Shown here piece by piece: positions 9,091 to 18,939 of a DNA stretch of 64,000 bases. The DNA lies in IMG/VR virus record IMGVR_UViG_3300017917_003822, positions 206,630-270,629 of that record; one strand, given 5' to 3'. The notes under the pieces are model-generated. The model did no database searches. It had not been told where the DNA came from and saw only the letters and a list, made by a program, of their open reading frames with translations. Numbering within the stretch: position 1 is the first letter of the stretch; every line of letters begins with the position of its first letter. The translations under genes were made by a program, and so were the position numbers.

Positions 9091-9096
9091 CAACCA

Positions 9097-9843
9097 ATGG
9101 AGGAATTAACATTATCGGAAGCTAAAGAAAAATACAGAGTCAGAAAGGCTTTCGACATCTACATAGAGGACAAACTTCATACAGTTTATGATATAGATGG
9201 ATATGAACATAAAAATGGTGAATGGAACGGTACACCAACAACGTGGTGGTTGGATTACAGCAGGGATGTAGTTAGAGGCGAGGTTACTCCGGAGAGAAAT
9301 CTGATTCCATATGTTGATAAGGGAAATAATAGGATCTGCTGGGAAATTCGTTTCAAACAGAGAAATTATATGAAGCACAAATGGGACGAATGGAGCTTGA
9401 GGAACTCTGGAACCTGCGAGATATTTGCAAATGGCAAAAAGGTCTACAGCTTTGGTACATTTGATGTTTCATACGCTCTAAGTAAGGCACAATATCTGAT
9501 GGTTCAGTTAAGAGAACATCCGTATGATTTTCTCAATCCGGAGAATGAGCAAGATAGAAAGATATGGTACTATGGTCTACCGGCTAAGGTTAAGCCTAGC
9601 GATTATGCACCAGGAGAAATTAGTATACTCCCAGATTACACTGGAATTGAACCAGAAAGATGGTGGGATGAATACGAGAAAAGAAGAAAACCTGTGGATT
9701 TGAAATCGGATAGAGAACTCAGCGAGTGGGAAAAACAAGACATTGAATCTGACGAGCAGGATTTTAATGAGACTAGGAGCTACGGCAGAATAAATCACGG
9801 CGATGCACTCTGGGACGGAATGATAAATTGGTTTAGAAACTAA
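9097..9843 (+). CDS. hypothetical protein
   Basis: ORF in operon. Confidence 0.75.
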   Translation: MEELTLSEAKEKYRVRKAFDIYIEDKLHTVYDIDGYEHKNGEWNGTPTTWWLDYSRDVVRGEVTPERNLIPYVDKGNNRICWEIRFKQRNYMKHKWDEWSLRNSGTCEIFANGKKVYSFGTFDVSYALSKAQYLMVQLREHPYDFLNPENEQDRKIWYYGLPAKVKPSDYAPGEISILPDYTGIEPERWWDEYEKRRKPVDLKSDRELSEWEKQDIESDEQDFNETRSYGRINHGDALWDGMINWFRN

Positions 9844-9849
9844 TAAGGA

Positions 9850-10233
9850 ATGACAACATCTCTTATCATCAGAGGCGAAGTTTTGGGAGCATATGATCTT
9901 ACTTTTGAAGAATTTAAGACATCGGAGCTCAGAACAGTTTTTTTCGAGGAGATCGAAAGAACAATCAGCATGATATATCAGAGATACGCTTTTGAACCAA
10001 GAAGTCCAAAAGTTTTAGCAAAGATACTCGAGGATTCGAGGGAGATTCTATTTCCAGGTAAACCCAATGTTAGATTAACATTTAGCAAGGACGTAAATAA
10101 AGGAAGACTCGATTTGAATGTCATCATGAACTCGATGAAAATAGTAATCAGGAAGCAAGAGCTTTCCATAGTTGAATATCTGATCCACTTGGCAGCAATT
10201 AAGTGTGGCATCGCTTTTATAAAAATAAAATAA
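9850..10233 (+). CDS. hypothetical protein
   Basis: ORF in operon. Confidence 0.6.
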   Translation: MTTSLIIRGEVLGAYDLTFEEFKTSELRTVFFEEIERTISMIYQRYAFEPRSPKVLAKILEDSREILFPGKPNVRLTFSKDVNKGRLDLNVIMNSMKIVIRKQELSIVEYLIHLAAIKCGIAFIKIK

Positions 10234-10238
10234 TAAAC

Positions 10239-10649
10239 ATGGAATATAATTTATTTCTAGACGACTTCAGGCACCCATATGATTGTGTGCCATATATGCC
10301 GAATCGTGAAATTTACGCGAAATGGAAATGGGAGATAGTTAGAAACTATGACGAGTTTGTCGAGTATATTACGAAAAATGGTCTTCCTACTCACGTCTCA
10401 TTCGATCACGATCTTGCTGATGAGCATTATGACGATAGCATGTATGGAGGTCAGGCAGACTATGATAGGATGTATCAGGAATTCAAGGAAAAGACTGGAC
10501 TTGACTGTGCAAAATGGTTAGTTGATTACTGTATGGACAACAACCAGAAGCTTCCTGAATATTCTGTTCACTCGATGAATCCTGCTGGTGGAAAAAACAT
10601 TCTGGAGTACCTTAACAACTTTAAAAAATTTCAGGAAGATGGAAAATAA
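10239..10649 (+). CDS. cyclic-phosphate-processing receiver domain protein
   Basis: LFLDDFRHP, SFDHDL, TGLDCAKWL, HSMNPAG pattern. Confidence 0.8.
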   Translation: MEYNLFLDDFRHPYDCVPYMPNREIYAKWKWEIVRNYDEFVEYITKNGLPTHVSFDHDLADEHYDDSMYGGQADYDRMYQEFKEKTGLDCAKWLVDYCMDNNQKLPEYSVHSMNPAGGKNILEYLNNFKKFQEDGK

Positions 10650-11046
10650 GAAACCTCTCAGAACACTATCAAAAGAAGATCTCATTAATAGCTTCAACCA
10701 CGGTCTGACTGTTGGAGGACTTAAAAAATTCATCGAGGAGAACAACGTTCCGGATGATGCCAAAGTTATGGTTCAGAGAGTTCATGACCACTACTTTGAA
10801 AATAATAATTGGGGAGTTTATCTAAAGGAGGGCTATTGGTATTATTCGGCAGAAAAAACAAATGAAAATATGCTCGAGGAGATCGAGAGAAGAAACAAAG
10901 GGCTTGAACCTGAATATGATCTAGAAGATCCAAAATCTTTAATGGTAGAGCTCGGAGATGAACTTAAGGAACAATATTATCCAGCTTGGTCATGTGTTAG
11001 ATACAGAGATGACCAGGATTTATTATTTATAGACTCACATTATTAA
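10639..11046 (+). CDS. hypothetical protein
   Basis: ORF; ATG at 10639 overlaps the upstream gene end. Confidence 0.7.
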   Translation: MENKKPLRTLSKEDLINSFNHGLTVGGLKKFIEENNVPDDAKVMVQRVHDHYFENNNWGVYLKEGYWYYSAEKTNENMLEEIERRNKGLEPEYDLEDPKSLMVELGDELKEQYYPAWSCVRYRDDQDLLFIDSHY

Positions 11047-11060
11047 CAAAAAATAGAAAT

Positions 11061-11729
11061 ATGAACAACTCAGCAGAATTTAGAAAATACGCTTTAAGTC
11101 AGGGTATAAGCTCGCTAACACTGGACTATCACGATAAACAAATCCAGGCATCAATGACTCCGATGATCCTTGAGGAAAGGGAAATGAGAGTCACCCAGAT
11201 GACTGTTTTTGATAGATTGATGATGGATAGAATCCTTTGGGTAGCTGGTCCGGTTAACGATAGAATGTCAACCATAGTTCAGGCTCAACTTATGTTCCTT
11301 GATTCCGTTGATGATAGGGATATTACTATGCACATTGACTCCCCCGGTGGGTCTGTTAAATCTGGTCTGAGTATGGTTGATGTTATGTCGTATATTAAAT
11401 CGGATATCCGAACAGTTAACACAGGGATGGCAGCTTCGATGGGATCAATTTTACTTGGAGCAGGAACTAAAGGAAAAAGATCGTCGTTAAGATTTAGTAA
11501 AGTTATGTTGCACCAATCCAGCGGTGGATTTAGTGGAAACATCCAGGATGCAGAAATCGACATGATAGAATGGAAAAAATACAATGAGATCCTGTTTGAG
11601 TTATTGGGTGAATATTGTGACAAACCAGCAGAACAAGTAATGCAAGATGCGACTAGGGATTTTTGGTTGAGTGCAGATGATGCTGTTGCTTATGGCATTA
11701 TCGACGAGGTAATCAGATCTAAAAAATAA
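11061..11729 (+). CDS. clpP: ATP-dependent Clp protease proteolytic subunit
   Basis: DSPGGSV, GMAASMG (Ser), MLHQ (His), RDFWL (Asp). Confidence 0.95.
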   Translation: MNNSAEFRKYALSQGISSLTLDYHDKQIQASMTPMILEEREMRVTQMTVFDRLMMDRILWVAGPVNDRMSTIVQAQLMFLDSVDDRDITMHIDSPGGSVKSGLSMVDVMSYIKSDIRTVNTGMAASMGSILLGAGTKGKRSSLRFSKVMLHQSSGGFSGNIQDAEIDMIEWKKYNEILFELLGEYCDKPAEQVMQDATRDFWLSADDAVAYGIIDEVIRSKK

Positions 11730-11738
11730 TATCGGGAT

Positions 11739-11948
11739 ATGGCCAAGGGAAACTATATAATTCACGAGGAGCTCAACGACAAACAGCAGAAAATGTACGA
11801 AGAATGGATCGCTCACATTAAAGCGATCTATGGTGAGTATGGTACATTTACCTGGAAGGTTACTCCGACAGGTATTGGAAGCGGAATATCCGTTTATAGT
11901 CACAAAACAAAAACTGAATTGGATCTAACAGATGTCGATAGCTGGTAA
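11739..11948 (+). CDS. hypothetical protein
   Basis: ORF in operon. Confidence 0.7.
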   Translation: MAKGNYIIHEELNDKQQKMYEEWIAHIKAIYGEYGTFTWKVTPTGIGSGISVYSHKTKTELDLTDVDSW

Positions 11949-12267
11949 CAAGGAAAAAGAATTATGTGAATGCGGGAAGATGGCCGTTTGGTGCTACCTT
12001 CCAGGTTACAGAGATGGTAGCAGTCCATATTCCTGTGAAGATTGCGTAAATCGAGGTTGTGACTGTAATCACCGATATGTTGACCCTAACTCATATCATC
12101 CTCCACTCGATGAACCGGATCTTCCAGATGGTGAGGAGGGGGTTGATTGGACTTGGGTAGATGAAGATAAGAAAGCATGGACATATATCGACGAAAAGGG
12201 AAGACAGTATCCCTGCTGTGAATATCATCATGATCCCGAGGGGTTCGACGTTTACGAGGAAGACTAA
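11932..12267 (+). CDS. Cys-rich hypothetical protein
   Basis: Several CxC/CxxC pairs. Confidence 0.65.
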   Translation: MSIAGNKEKELCECGKMAVWCYLPGYRDGSSPYSCEDCVNRGCDCNHRYVDPNSYHPPLDEPDLPDGEEGVDWTWVDEDKKAWTYIDEKGRQYPCCEYHHDPEGFDVYEED

Positions 12268-12280
12268 AAAAAGATAATAT

Positions 12281-12571
12281 ATGGTAGAATTAAAAGAAAA
12301 GAAAGAAATTTTGATCTGTGATTGCCACTCGACAGAACACCAGGTCGTGATATATTACAGTGAGGATGAGTTTGAGGATGGTAGAAAATACCCCATGTGT
12401 TATTTTCATATTCACTTAAACAAATTACCATTTCTGGAGAGACTGAGGTATGCGATCAAATACATATTCGGACGGAAGTCGAGATATGGGGCATTCGATG
12501 AATTTATCATTAACCCATCCGATGCTGATAAGTTACAGGATCTGGTTAATTATTTAAAACAAAAAGAATGA
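12281..12571 (+). CDS. hypothetical protein
   Basis: CDC.STEH motif; no function recognised. Confidence 0.7.
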   Translation: MVELKEKKEILICDCHSTEHQVVIYYSEDEFEDGRKYPMCYFHIHLNKLPFLERLRYAIKYIFGRKSRYGAFDEFIINPSDADKLQDLVNYLKQKE

Positions 12572-12795
12572 TCTGGAAAAGTATCGAAGAAGAAACTCCG
12601 GTTGCCTATGAAAGTGGTAACTGGGACGGACTAAGAAGCGAAGAAGTTCTGGTGTCTGATAAAGAAGGTAAATTGAACATAGCCCGAATGTATAAGGGCA
12701 CAATGGACGGATCTCACTTTAGACAATTCTATGACCATCGAGATTTTGAGATACCTGAAGTAACTCACTGGTGTAAAATTCCCATGCTACTTTAG
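12568..12795 (+). CDS. DUF551-like phage protein
   Basis: WKSIEEETP ... VTHWCKIP. Confidence 0.65.
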   Translation: MIWKSIEEETPVAYESGNWDGLRSEEVLVSDKEGKLNIARMYKGTMDGSHFRQFYDHRDFEIPEVTHWCKIPMLL

Positions 12796-12814
12796 TGCAT
12801 GGGAATTTTTTTTT
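12781..12814 (+). terminator. intrinsic terminator
   Basis: cccatgc/gcatggg stem followed by T-tract. Confidence 0.7.
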
Positions 12815-12823
12815 GATATATAG
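12815..12823 (+). promoter_or_regulatory. Class B (putative late) promoter RATATATA
   Basis: gatatatag 4 nt before ATG. Confidence 0.6.
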
Positions 12824-12826
12824 TTC

Positions 12827-13564
12827 ATGCTAAAATACCTAAAGGAATATCACGAATTTGAATATTCACAAGAAACAGATCTTAATGAGGGGTTTCTCGG
12901 TGACATCAAGGACATATGGAACAGCTTCATGAGACTAGTCGAAAAAATACTCAAGGAGAAGAAGGCTGGTCAGAAAACAAAGACACCAACAGTAAAAAAA
13001 CCTTCACCCCTGGAGGGTCAACATATGTTATATCTTCCGCATCAACAGGGACCATCCGGTGCTGTTAAATTGGTAGATGTTTATAGAGGTAAAAAGAAAC
13101 TCGATCCAAACGACAGAACAAAGCTACTTAAGAATATGCCATCATCGGATCCAGGCTATCAAAAAGTTTTAAAAGGTAACGATAGGGAGGCGGTAACTGC
13201 TTTTCTGAATTACCAAAAAAATACATGGGATAATTATCAAAAGGAAGCTCTATCAAAAATAAAACTACCAGAAAATAAGGTAGTTAAAAAAGCGATAGAT
13301 AAGCTACCAAATCCAAATTTTCCTAAAGAATTTTTAACCACTGTGGCTTATAAGGAATCGAGATTTGTTCCAAATCCACCAACAAACAAAACATATAGAG
13401 GACTATTTCAAATAGGTCCTTCTGCGTGGGCACAATTAAAAAGAATAAACCCGGAAAAATATAAAGGATCTCTCCCACCAATAGATCCTATCAAAAACAC
13501 CCAAGCGGGTCACGATTATCTTAAGTGGACCTACGAACAATTTGAAAAGGACGTAAGGGTATAA
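12827..13564 (+). CDS. circularly permuted lytic transglycosylase (SLT/GH23-like) with CTS-like leader
   Basis: AYKESRF, RGLFQI, NTQAGHDYL at C-end; YLPHQQG N-terminal. Confidence 0.8.
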   Translation: MLKYLKEYHEFEYSQETDLNEGFLGDIKDIWNSFMRLVEKILKEKKAGQKTKTPTVKKPSPLEGQHMLYLPHQQGPSGAVKLVDVYRGKKKLDPNDRTKLLKNMPSSDPGYQKVLKGNDREAVTAFLNYQKNTWDNYQKEALSKIKLPENKVVKKAIDKLPNPNFPKEFLTTVAYKESRFVPNPPTNKTYRGLFQIGPSAWAQLKRINPEKYKGSLPPIDPIKNTQAGHDYLKWTYEQFEKDVRV

Positions 13565-14143
13565 TTATTTTTTATCTTTTAGATTTGCTTTTGCTTGCTT
13601 GTATAGCGCTTTATCACCGACTTCGGTTGTTCTTCCGCCAGTCACAAAAGAATTAACTCTTGCCATGGCCCATTGCTGAGGAGTAGTTCCGGGAACATGA
13701 CCAGTTTTCCAAGCCGCATAGCCTCTAGCCCAAACTTTCTTTAATATACCAAGAGGGAATCCGGTCTTATCCGATTTCTTTTTAAGAGCCTTGTATACCG
13801 GACTATTTTTACCCATTGACGATTCTTGTAAAATTTCCTCCGTCAAATCATCATTTTCTATAAGGATATCCTCAAAAAGATTGTCTGGCAAGCCGAATGA
13901 ATCGAAATCCACTATATTCTTAGGTTCGAAGTTGTCACTTTCACCAAACATCTCCTTATACTTTTTCGTGTATTTAGATGCTTTGGTTGGAACAGGTTTA
14001 CCCTTTCCAGCTTTTCTGCTTTTATAGTCAGCATCCCATGGACCGTATGCTGATGAGTCATCATCTGCTTTGTGTCCGTGTTTTTTAATTTCTCTCTTCA
14101 TCACTTCCGGATTTCTGGTGAGATATTTCTTAGGTAATTTCAT
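13565..14143 (-). CDS. conserved T4-like phage protein of unknown function
   Basis: LKKKSDKTG...LKKVWARGYAAWKTGH.PGTTPQQWAMARVNSF block recalled from T4-like phages. Confidence 0.7.
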   Translation of the reverse strand: MKLPKKYLTRNPEVMKREIKKHGHKADDDSSAYGPWDADYKSRKAGKGKPVPTKASKYTKKYKEMFGESDNFEPKNIVDFDSFGLPDNLFEDILIENDDLTEEILQESSMGKNSPVYKALKKKSDKTGFPLGILKKVWARGYAAWKTGHVPGTTPQQWAMARVNSFVTGGRTTEVGDKALYKQAKANLKDKK

Positions 14144-14146
14144 ATT

Positions 14147-14155
14147 CTATATATC
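14147..14155 (-). promoter_or_regulatory. Class B promoter
   Basis: gatatatag on minus strand 4 nt before ATG. Confidence 0.6.
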
Positions 14156-14174
14156 GTAAAATTTTTTGAATTAA

Positions 14175-14206
14175 TTTTTTTAATTCGAGAGAATGCCCTA
14201 TATTTG
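14175..14206 (+). promoter_or_regulatory. Class A promoter
   Basis: T-tract-aattcg-N11-TATATTTG. Confidence 0.75.
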
Positions 14207-14221
14207 AGAAAAAAATACAAC

Positions 14222-15076
14222 ATGAGTCATTTCACAGTAATGGTTATCGGGGAGAATCCAGAAGATCAACTTGCCCCGTTTCAAGAAAATAACATGAGCA
14301 ATTGTCCGGAGGAGTATCTGGAATTCAACGACGAAACTGAAATTCTACAGAAAGAATGGGAGAGCCTATCTGAGGATGAAAAAAACGAATATGATGACTT
14401 CGAATCTTTCGTTGGTGATCGTGGATATGATGAACATGAAGGTAAGTTTGGTTATTGGGAGAACCCAAACGCCAAATGGGACTGGTATGTTCTGGGAGGA
14501 AGATGGACCGGTTTCTTTAAAATGAAACCAGGTCACAAAGGAGAATCTGGCAGGGGTGGATTGTTTACACCACCACCAGCGTCAGGAACTGCGGATTCAG
14601 CTCTCAAGAAGGATATAGACTTCAGAGAGATGCGAAGAAGTGCTGGTGAGGAGGCTGGTAAAACTTGGGATAAAGTCATGAAAATCGTTGGTAATTTGAA
14701 AGATTATGCAACTTGGGAATATGTTAGGGATACCATATCATCAGGTGATATTGATGCTGCCAGAGAGTATTATGCCAATCAGAAAGCAGTTGTCAAGCTA
14801 AATGAATACAACAGAAAAAACAGCTACAAGATGGCATTTATTAATCTTGATGATTTTGTGGGTTCAAGAGAGGATTACTGTATCGATGCTGCCAATTCTT
14901 CATTCGTAACTTTCGCAGTAATTAAGGACGGAGTTTGGTATGAAAAAGGATCAATGGGATGGTGGGGAATGGTTAGCAACGAGAAAAATCAGGATGATTG
15001 GAATTCGGAGGTTTCTAAAATGATCGACGAACTACCGGAGGACACACTAATCTCAGTTTACGACTGTCATATTTAA
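14222..15076 (+). CDS. conserved phage hypothetical protein
   Basis: MSHFTVMV...NPNAKWDWYVLGGRW...VYDCHI family pattern. Confidence 0.75.
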   Translation: MSHFTVMVIGENPEDQLAPFQENNMSNCPEEYLEFNDETEILQKEWESLSEDEKNEYDDFESFVGDRGYDEHEGKFGYWENPNAKWDWYVLGGRWTGFFKMKPGHKGESGRGGLFTPPPASGTADSALKKDIDFREMRRSAGEEAGKTWDKVMKIVGNLKDYATWEYVRDTISSGDIDAAREYYANQKAVVKLNEYNRKNSYKMAFINLDDFVGSREDYCIDAANSSFVTFAVIKDGVWYEKGSMGWWGMVSNEKNQDDWNSEVSKMIDELPEDTLISVYDCHI

Positions 15077-15080
15077 TCCA

Positions 15081-15536
15081 ATGATTAAGAATAACGAAAA
15101 TAAATCCATCTGCTTCGGTTGCGGACAGTGCTGCAAATCTCTTCCTGGTATAGTCTCTCCAAGTGATCTGAAAGAGGTTACTGTGGAGTCACTAACAGAT
15201 CTTTTTGAGTCTGGCTATCAGTTTGATTACTGGGAAGGCAATCTAACGGGTAACCCGGAACATGATGACATAACTTTCTTCTACCTACGTCCGCAGACAA
15301 AGAGCTCGGTTAACAAGATAGTTGATGCCTCCTGGGGGGGAGAATGTGTTTTTCTAAATGATGACGGATGTTCAAAATCTTTCGAAGAAAGACCATCCCA
15401 ATGCAGAGCTTTGACACCATCGAAAGATGGTAACTGCTACCTTGATAAAAAATACGAGAAAAAGATCATGATAGAGGAATGGTTACCGTACAATGAAATA
15501 ATTATCGAAACGATTGATAAGATAAGTAAGGATTGA
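15081..15536 (+). CDS. YkgJ-like Fe-S/Zn cluster protein
   Basis: CFGCGQCC, C.FL...GC, RPSQCR. Confidence 0.75.
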   Translation: MIKNNENKSICFGCGQCCKSLPGIVSPSDLKEVTVESLTDLFESGYQFDYWEGNLTGNPEHDDITFFYLRPQTKSSVNKIVDASWGGECVFLNDDGCSKSFEERPSQCRALTPSKDGNCYLDKKYEKKIMIEEWLPYNEIIIETIDKISKD

Positions 15537-15625
15537 TAATATGTATTACATTTTAACATTTTTAGCTGGTTTTATCATCGGAGCAGCAAGGGAAAGAGTG
15601 CTAAATTATAAAAATAAAAAATAAT

Positions 15626-16240
15626 ATGCCAACAGGATACACAGCAGGAATTATAGAAGGTAAAATCACCACTTTTGAACAGTTTGCTAAAAAATGTATG
15701 AGAGCTTTCGGAGCAACAATTCATATGAGGGACGAGTCGCTAGATGCTGAATATGAACCTAGGACTCCATCAGATTATTATGTTGCTAGTCTGGAACGGG
15801 CAAAGAGAAAAATTAAGGAATTAGACGAATTACCAGATTCTCATTTTATTCAGGAGGAGATTTCACAAATCAAAAACGAAATAGTAAGAATAACCGATAA
15901 AATAGAGGAGATCAAAAAATCAAAAAAAAGATTGGAAACAATACTTTCTGATGTTGAAGCGTGGGTCCCCCCTGGGGAGGACCACATGAACTTCAAGGAT
16001 TTCATGATCCAACAGTTGACCGATACTATTGATAGAGATTGCGACACGGAATATTATGATGCCGAGTTGGACAAATATTACAAAAAACTCGAATCCCCTA
16101 TCGACGTGGAGTCAATAAAAGAGGAGTTAAGAAATTCTTTTGAATATGATATTGAGAGATGTCAAAAAAATCTAGACGAGGAAATAGCTAGATGTAAATC
16201 ATCAAACGATTGGGTTGAAACTTTATTAAAATCTATATAA
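15626..16240 (+). CDS. conserved phage coiled-coil hypothetical protein
   Basis: MPTGYTA...CMRAFGA start. Confidence 0.75.
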   Translation: MPTGYTAGIIEGKITTFEQFAKKCMRAFGATIHMRDESLDAEYEPRTPSDYYVASLERAKRKIKELDELPDSHFIQEEISQIKNEIVRITDKIEEIKKSKKRLETILSDVEAWVPPGEDHMNFKDFMIQQLTDTIDRDCDTEYYDAELDKYYKKLESPIDVESIKEELRNSFEYDIERCQKNLDEEIARCKSSNDWVETLLKSI

Positions 16241-16396
16241 ATGGAACAAATTGTCATTATAACTAGTAGTCAATCGACTATCAACGAGCATCTCCGCTCC
16301 GGATGGAGGGTTAAATCTGTGACAGCACAACATGTGGTAACAGGAAGTACCTCCCAAATGAGAGGTGATTTTTGTTTTGTTTTGGAAAAAAATAAC
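16241..16396 (+). CDS. small hypothetical protein (51 aa, not in track)
   Basis: MEQIVIITSSQSTINEHLRSGWRVKSVT... fills the gap exactly. Confidence 0.55.
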
Positions 16397-16417
16397 GAAC
16401 ACAAATAAACTATAACA

Positions 16418-17560
16418 ATGGAAAGAAAATTAGCAAGTATACAGAAAATAGGAAAAGTTCTGCCTATAGAGGGAGCAGATGCAATCGAGATGGTAATGGT
16501 TAACTCGTGGAAGGTCGTTTCTAAGAAGGATGAATTCAAGGAAGGTGACTATTGCGTTTATTTTGAAATTGATTCATTTCTTCCAATTAGAGAGGAATTT
16601 GAGTTCTTGAGAAAATCCTCCTATAGAAAGATGGGGGATCTTGAGGGATTCAGACTAAAAACCATAAAACTTAGAGGACAGGTTAGTCAGGGGCTTTGTT
16701 TACCAATCTCCATATTGGAGGGAGATGGTGAAATGAAAATTGGAATCAGCAAGCAACCTTGGGGAGATCAATTACAGCTTGGTCCTTATGACGATGCTCT
16801 TGTTATTCAAGAAGGAGTTGATGTCACAGAACATTTGGGAGTTGTTAAATTTGAACCACCTATACCGGCTGAACTTGCAGGAAAGGTTAAAGGAAATTTC
16901 CCTGGTTTCATCAGAAAAACAGACGAGGAAAGAATCCAGAATATGACGAAGCAATTTGAGGAGATGAAGTCACATCAATACTACATCACGGAAAAACTTG
17001 ACGGTAGTTCAGCAACTTACTATTTTAGAGACGGGGTTTTCGGTGTCTGTTCAAGAAACCTTGAGTTAGCGGATCCTGGAGAATTTGTACCTGGTACTAT
17101 CATTGGTGAAGATGGTGTCGAAAGACCCAAAAAAGAAAATACATTCTGGAAGGTTGCTAGAGAGCTAAAGATAGCAGAAAAACTAGGATCTCTTAATCAA
17201 AATTACGCAATCCAGGGGGAGCTTATTGGGGAAGGAGTGCAAGGAAATCCTTACAAGATCAAAGGACACACACTTAGAATATTTAATGTATTCAATATCG
17301 ATCAACAGGAGTATCTGGGACTTGATGAAATGAGGGATTTTCTTTCGAAGGTTAATGTTGACGATTCACCATTGGAATTGGTTCCTGTCATTGATGAAAA
17401 CTACAAGCTGCATGGAACCATCGAGGAAATTCTACAATATGCTGAGGGTAAATCAGTTCTTCATAATGAGGCCGAGAGAGAAGGAATTGTTATCAGAAAC
17501 AAAGACAAGAGCATCTCATTCAAGGCTATTTCTAATAAATTCTTGCTAAAGGAAAAATAG
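16418..17560 (+). CDS. RNA ligase, DRB0094 (Rnl2-like) family
   Basis: N-terminal MERKLASIQ..GADAIE module; EKLDGSS, CSRN, QGELIG, REGIV, KAIS. Confidence 0.9.
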   Translation: MERKLASIQKIGKVLPIEGADAIEMVMVNSWKVVSKKDEFKEGDYCVYFEIDSFLPIREEFEFLRKSSYRKMGDLEGFRLKTIKLRGQVSQGLCLPISILEGDGEMKIGISKQPWGDQLQLGPYDDALVIQEGVDVTEHLGVVKFEPPIPAELAGKVKGNFPGFIRKTDEERIQNMTKQFEEMKSHQYYITEKLDGSSATYYFRDGVFGVCSRNLELADPGEFVPGTIIGEDGVERPKKENTFWKVARELKIAEKLGSLNQNYAIQGELIGEGVQGNPYKIKGHTLRIFNVFNIDQQEYLGLDEMRDFLSKVNVDDSPLELVPVIDENYKLHGTIEEILQYAEGKSVLHNEAEREGIVIRNKDKSISFKAISNKFLLKEK

Positions 17561-17561
17561 T

Positions 17562-17885
17562 ATGCAGAAACATCAATTAGAATATTTCGATTGGTTCGAT
17601 ATCCAAAGAGAAATCTGTAAGGAGATGGGTATTGAAGAACAATACTTCAGAGATTATCACAAGTTAGTTGGTGGAGAATATAAGGATCTTTGGCATATTT
17701 GGCTGGAATACTTCCAGTCGGAGGTTACAAATGATACGATAGTTCGTAATGATTGCGATGAAAGAATGGAAATTAAAATTGAATGGATAACCGAAGAAGG
17801 TGACGAATGGGCAATACCCTTTGTTGAGGCGGTTTACAAGGTTTGGGATAAATTCGGAATCGAGTATGTAAGATACAGCTGGTAA
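17562..17885 (+). CDS. hypothetical protein
   Basis: ORF in operon. Confidence 0.7.
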   Translation: MQKHQLEYFDWFDIQREICKEMGIEEQYFRDYHKLVGGEYKDLWHIWLEYFQSEVTNDTIVRNDCDERMEIKIEWITEEGDEWAIPFVEAVYKVWDKFGIEYVRYSW

Positions 17886-17901
17886 ATACAAAATACTATA
17901 A

Positions 17902-18936
17902 ATGAAAATAATTATCACAGGAGGTGCGGGTTATATTGGATCCCACACTGCAGTAGAAGCACTAAGAGCAGGTCATGAAGTTATCATTATAGATTCCTTC
18001 ATCAATTCATCGAGAGATGTACTTAAAAACATAGAAAAAGCATCAGGCAAGCCTTTTGTAGCTATCGATGTATGTATGACTCAGAATACGCTAGATATTG
18101 CGGAGAAGCTTTTTGGTTTTGCACATAACACCGATGCAATTATTCACTTTGCTGCATTAAAGGATTCCCCAGGATCAACAGAAAACCCGCTGGGATATTA
18201 TAGAAACAATATAGACTCATTGCTTAGTGCGCTGGGGGTTTCTAAATTACTTAAAATCAAGAACTTCATATTCTCCAGTTCTGCGACGGTTTATGGTTAT
18301 CCCGAGTATCTACCGATCAAAGAAACACACCCAATTCTAAGAGGAACTACACCATACGGGACTTCAAAAATAATGGGAGAATGGATTCTAGAGGATGTAA
18401 CCAGAGGTAACGATATGAGGTCCGTTGCACTGAGGTATTTTAATCCGGCTGGTGCAGATCACACTGGACTTATTGGGGAAATGCCAATAGGTAGAGCAAC
18501 AAACCTTGTACCTATTATAACACAATCAGCCGCTGGAATATATGGTCCGTTAAAAATAACTGGTACTGATTATTCAACTCCAGATGGCTCTGCGATTAGA
18601 GACTACATCCACGTGACGGACTTAGCAAAGGCGCACTTAGCGGCTCTAGATTGGATGGTTGACCACGAAATGAAGTTCTTTGAGACTTTTAATCTGGGTA
18701 CGGGTAGAGGAACATCGGTAATTGAAATGGCTGAATTGTTCGACAAGGAGATTGCCCCGGGCTTATTAAAAACAGAGTTTGCTGATAGAAGACCAGGAGA
18801 TCCGGCCGAAGTTTGGTGTGATTCATCAAAGGCACAAAGAATTCTTGGATGGAGATCTGAATTAGACAACTTGGATATTTTGAGAAGTGCCTGGGAGTGG
18901 CAGAAGAACATTGCAACTGAGAATTCGGATATATAA
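17902..18936 (+). CDS. galE: UDP-glucose 4-epimerase
   Basis: GGAGYIG, SSSATVYG, YGTSK, LRYFNPAG, RDYIHV.DLA. Confidence 0.93.
   Translation: MKIIITGGAGYIGSHTAVEALRAGHEVIIIDSFINSSRDVLKNIEKASGKPFVAIDVCMTQNTLDIAEKLFGFAHNTDAIIHFAALKDSPGSTENPLGYYRNNIDSLLSALGVSKLLKIKNFIFSSSATVYGYPEYLPIKETHPILRGTTPYGTSKIMGEWILEDVTRGNDMRSVALRYFNPAGADHTGLIGEMPIGRATNLVPIITQSAAGIYGPLKITGTDYSTPDGSAIRDYIHVTDLAKAHLAALDWMVDHEMKFFETFNLGTGRGTSVIEMAELFDKEIAPGLLKTEFADRRPGDPAEVWCDSSKAQRILGWRSELDNLDILRSAWEWQKNIATENSDI
18928..18936 (+). promoter_or_regulatory. Class B promoter
   Basis: gatatataa before ATG 18940. Confidence 0.55.
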
Positions 18937-18939
18937 TGG

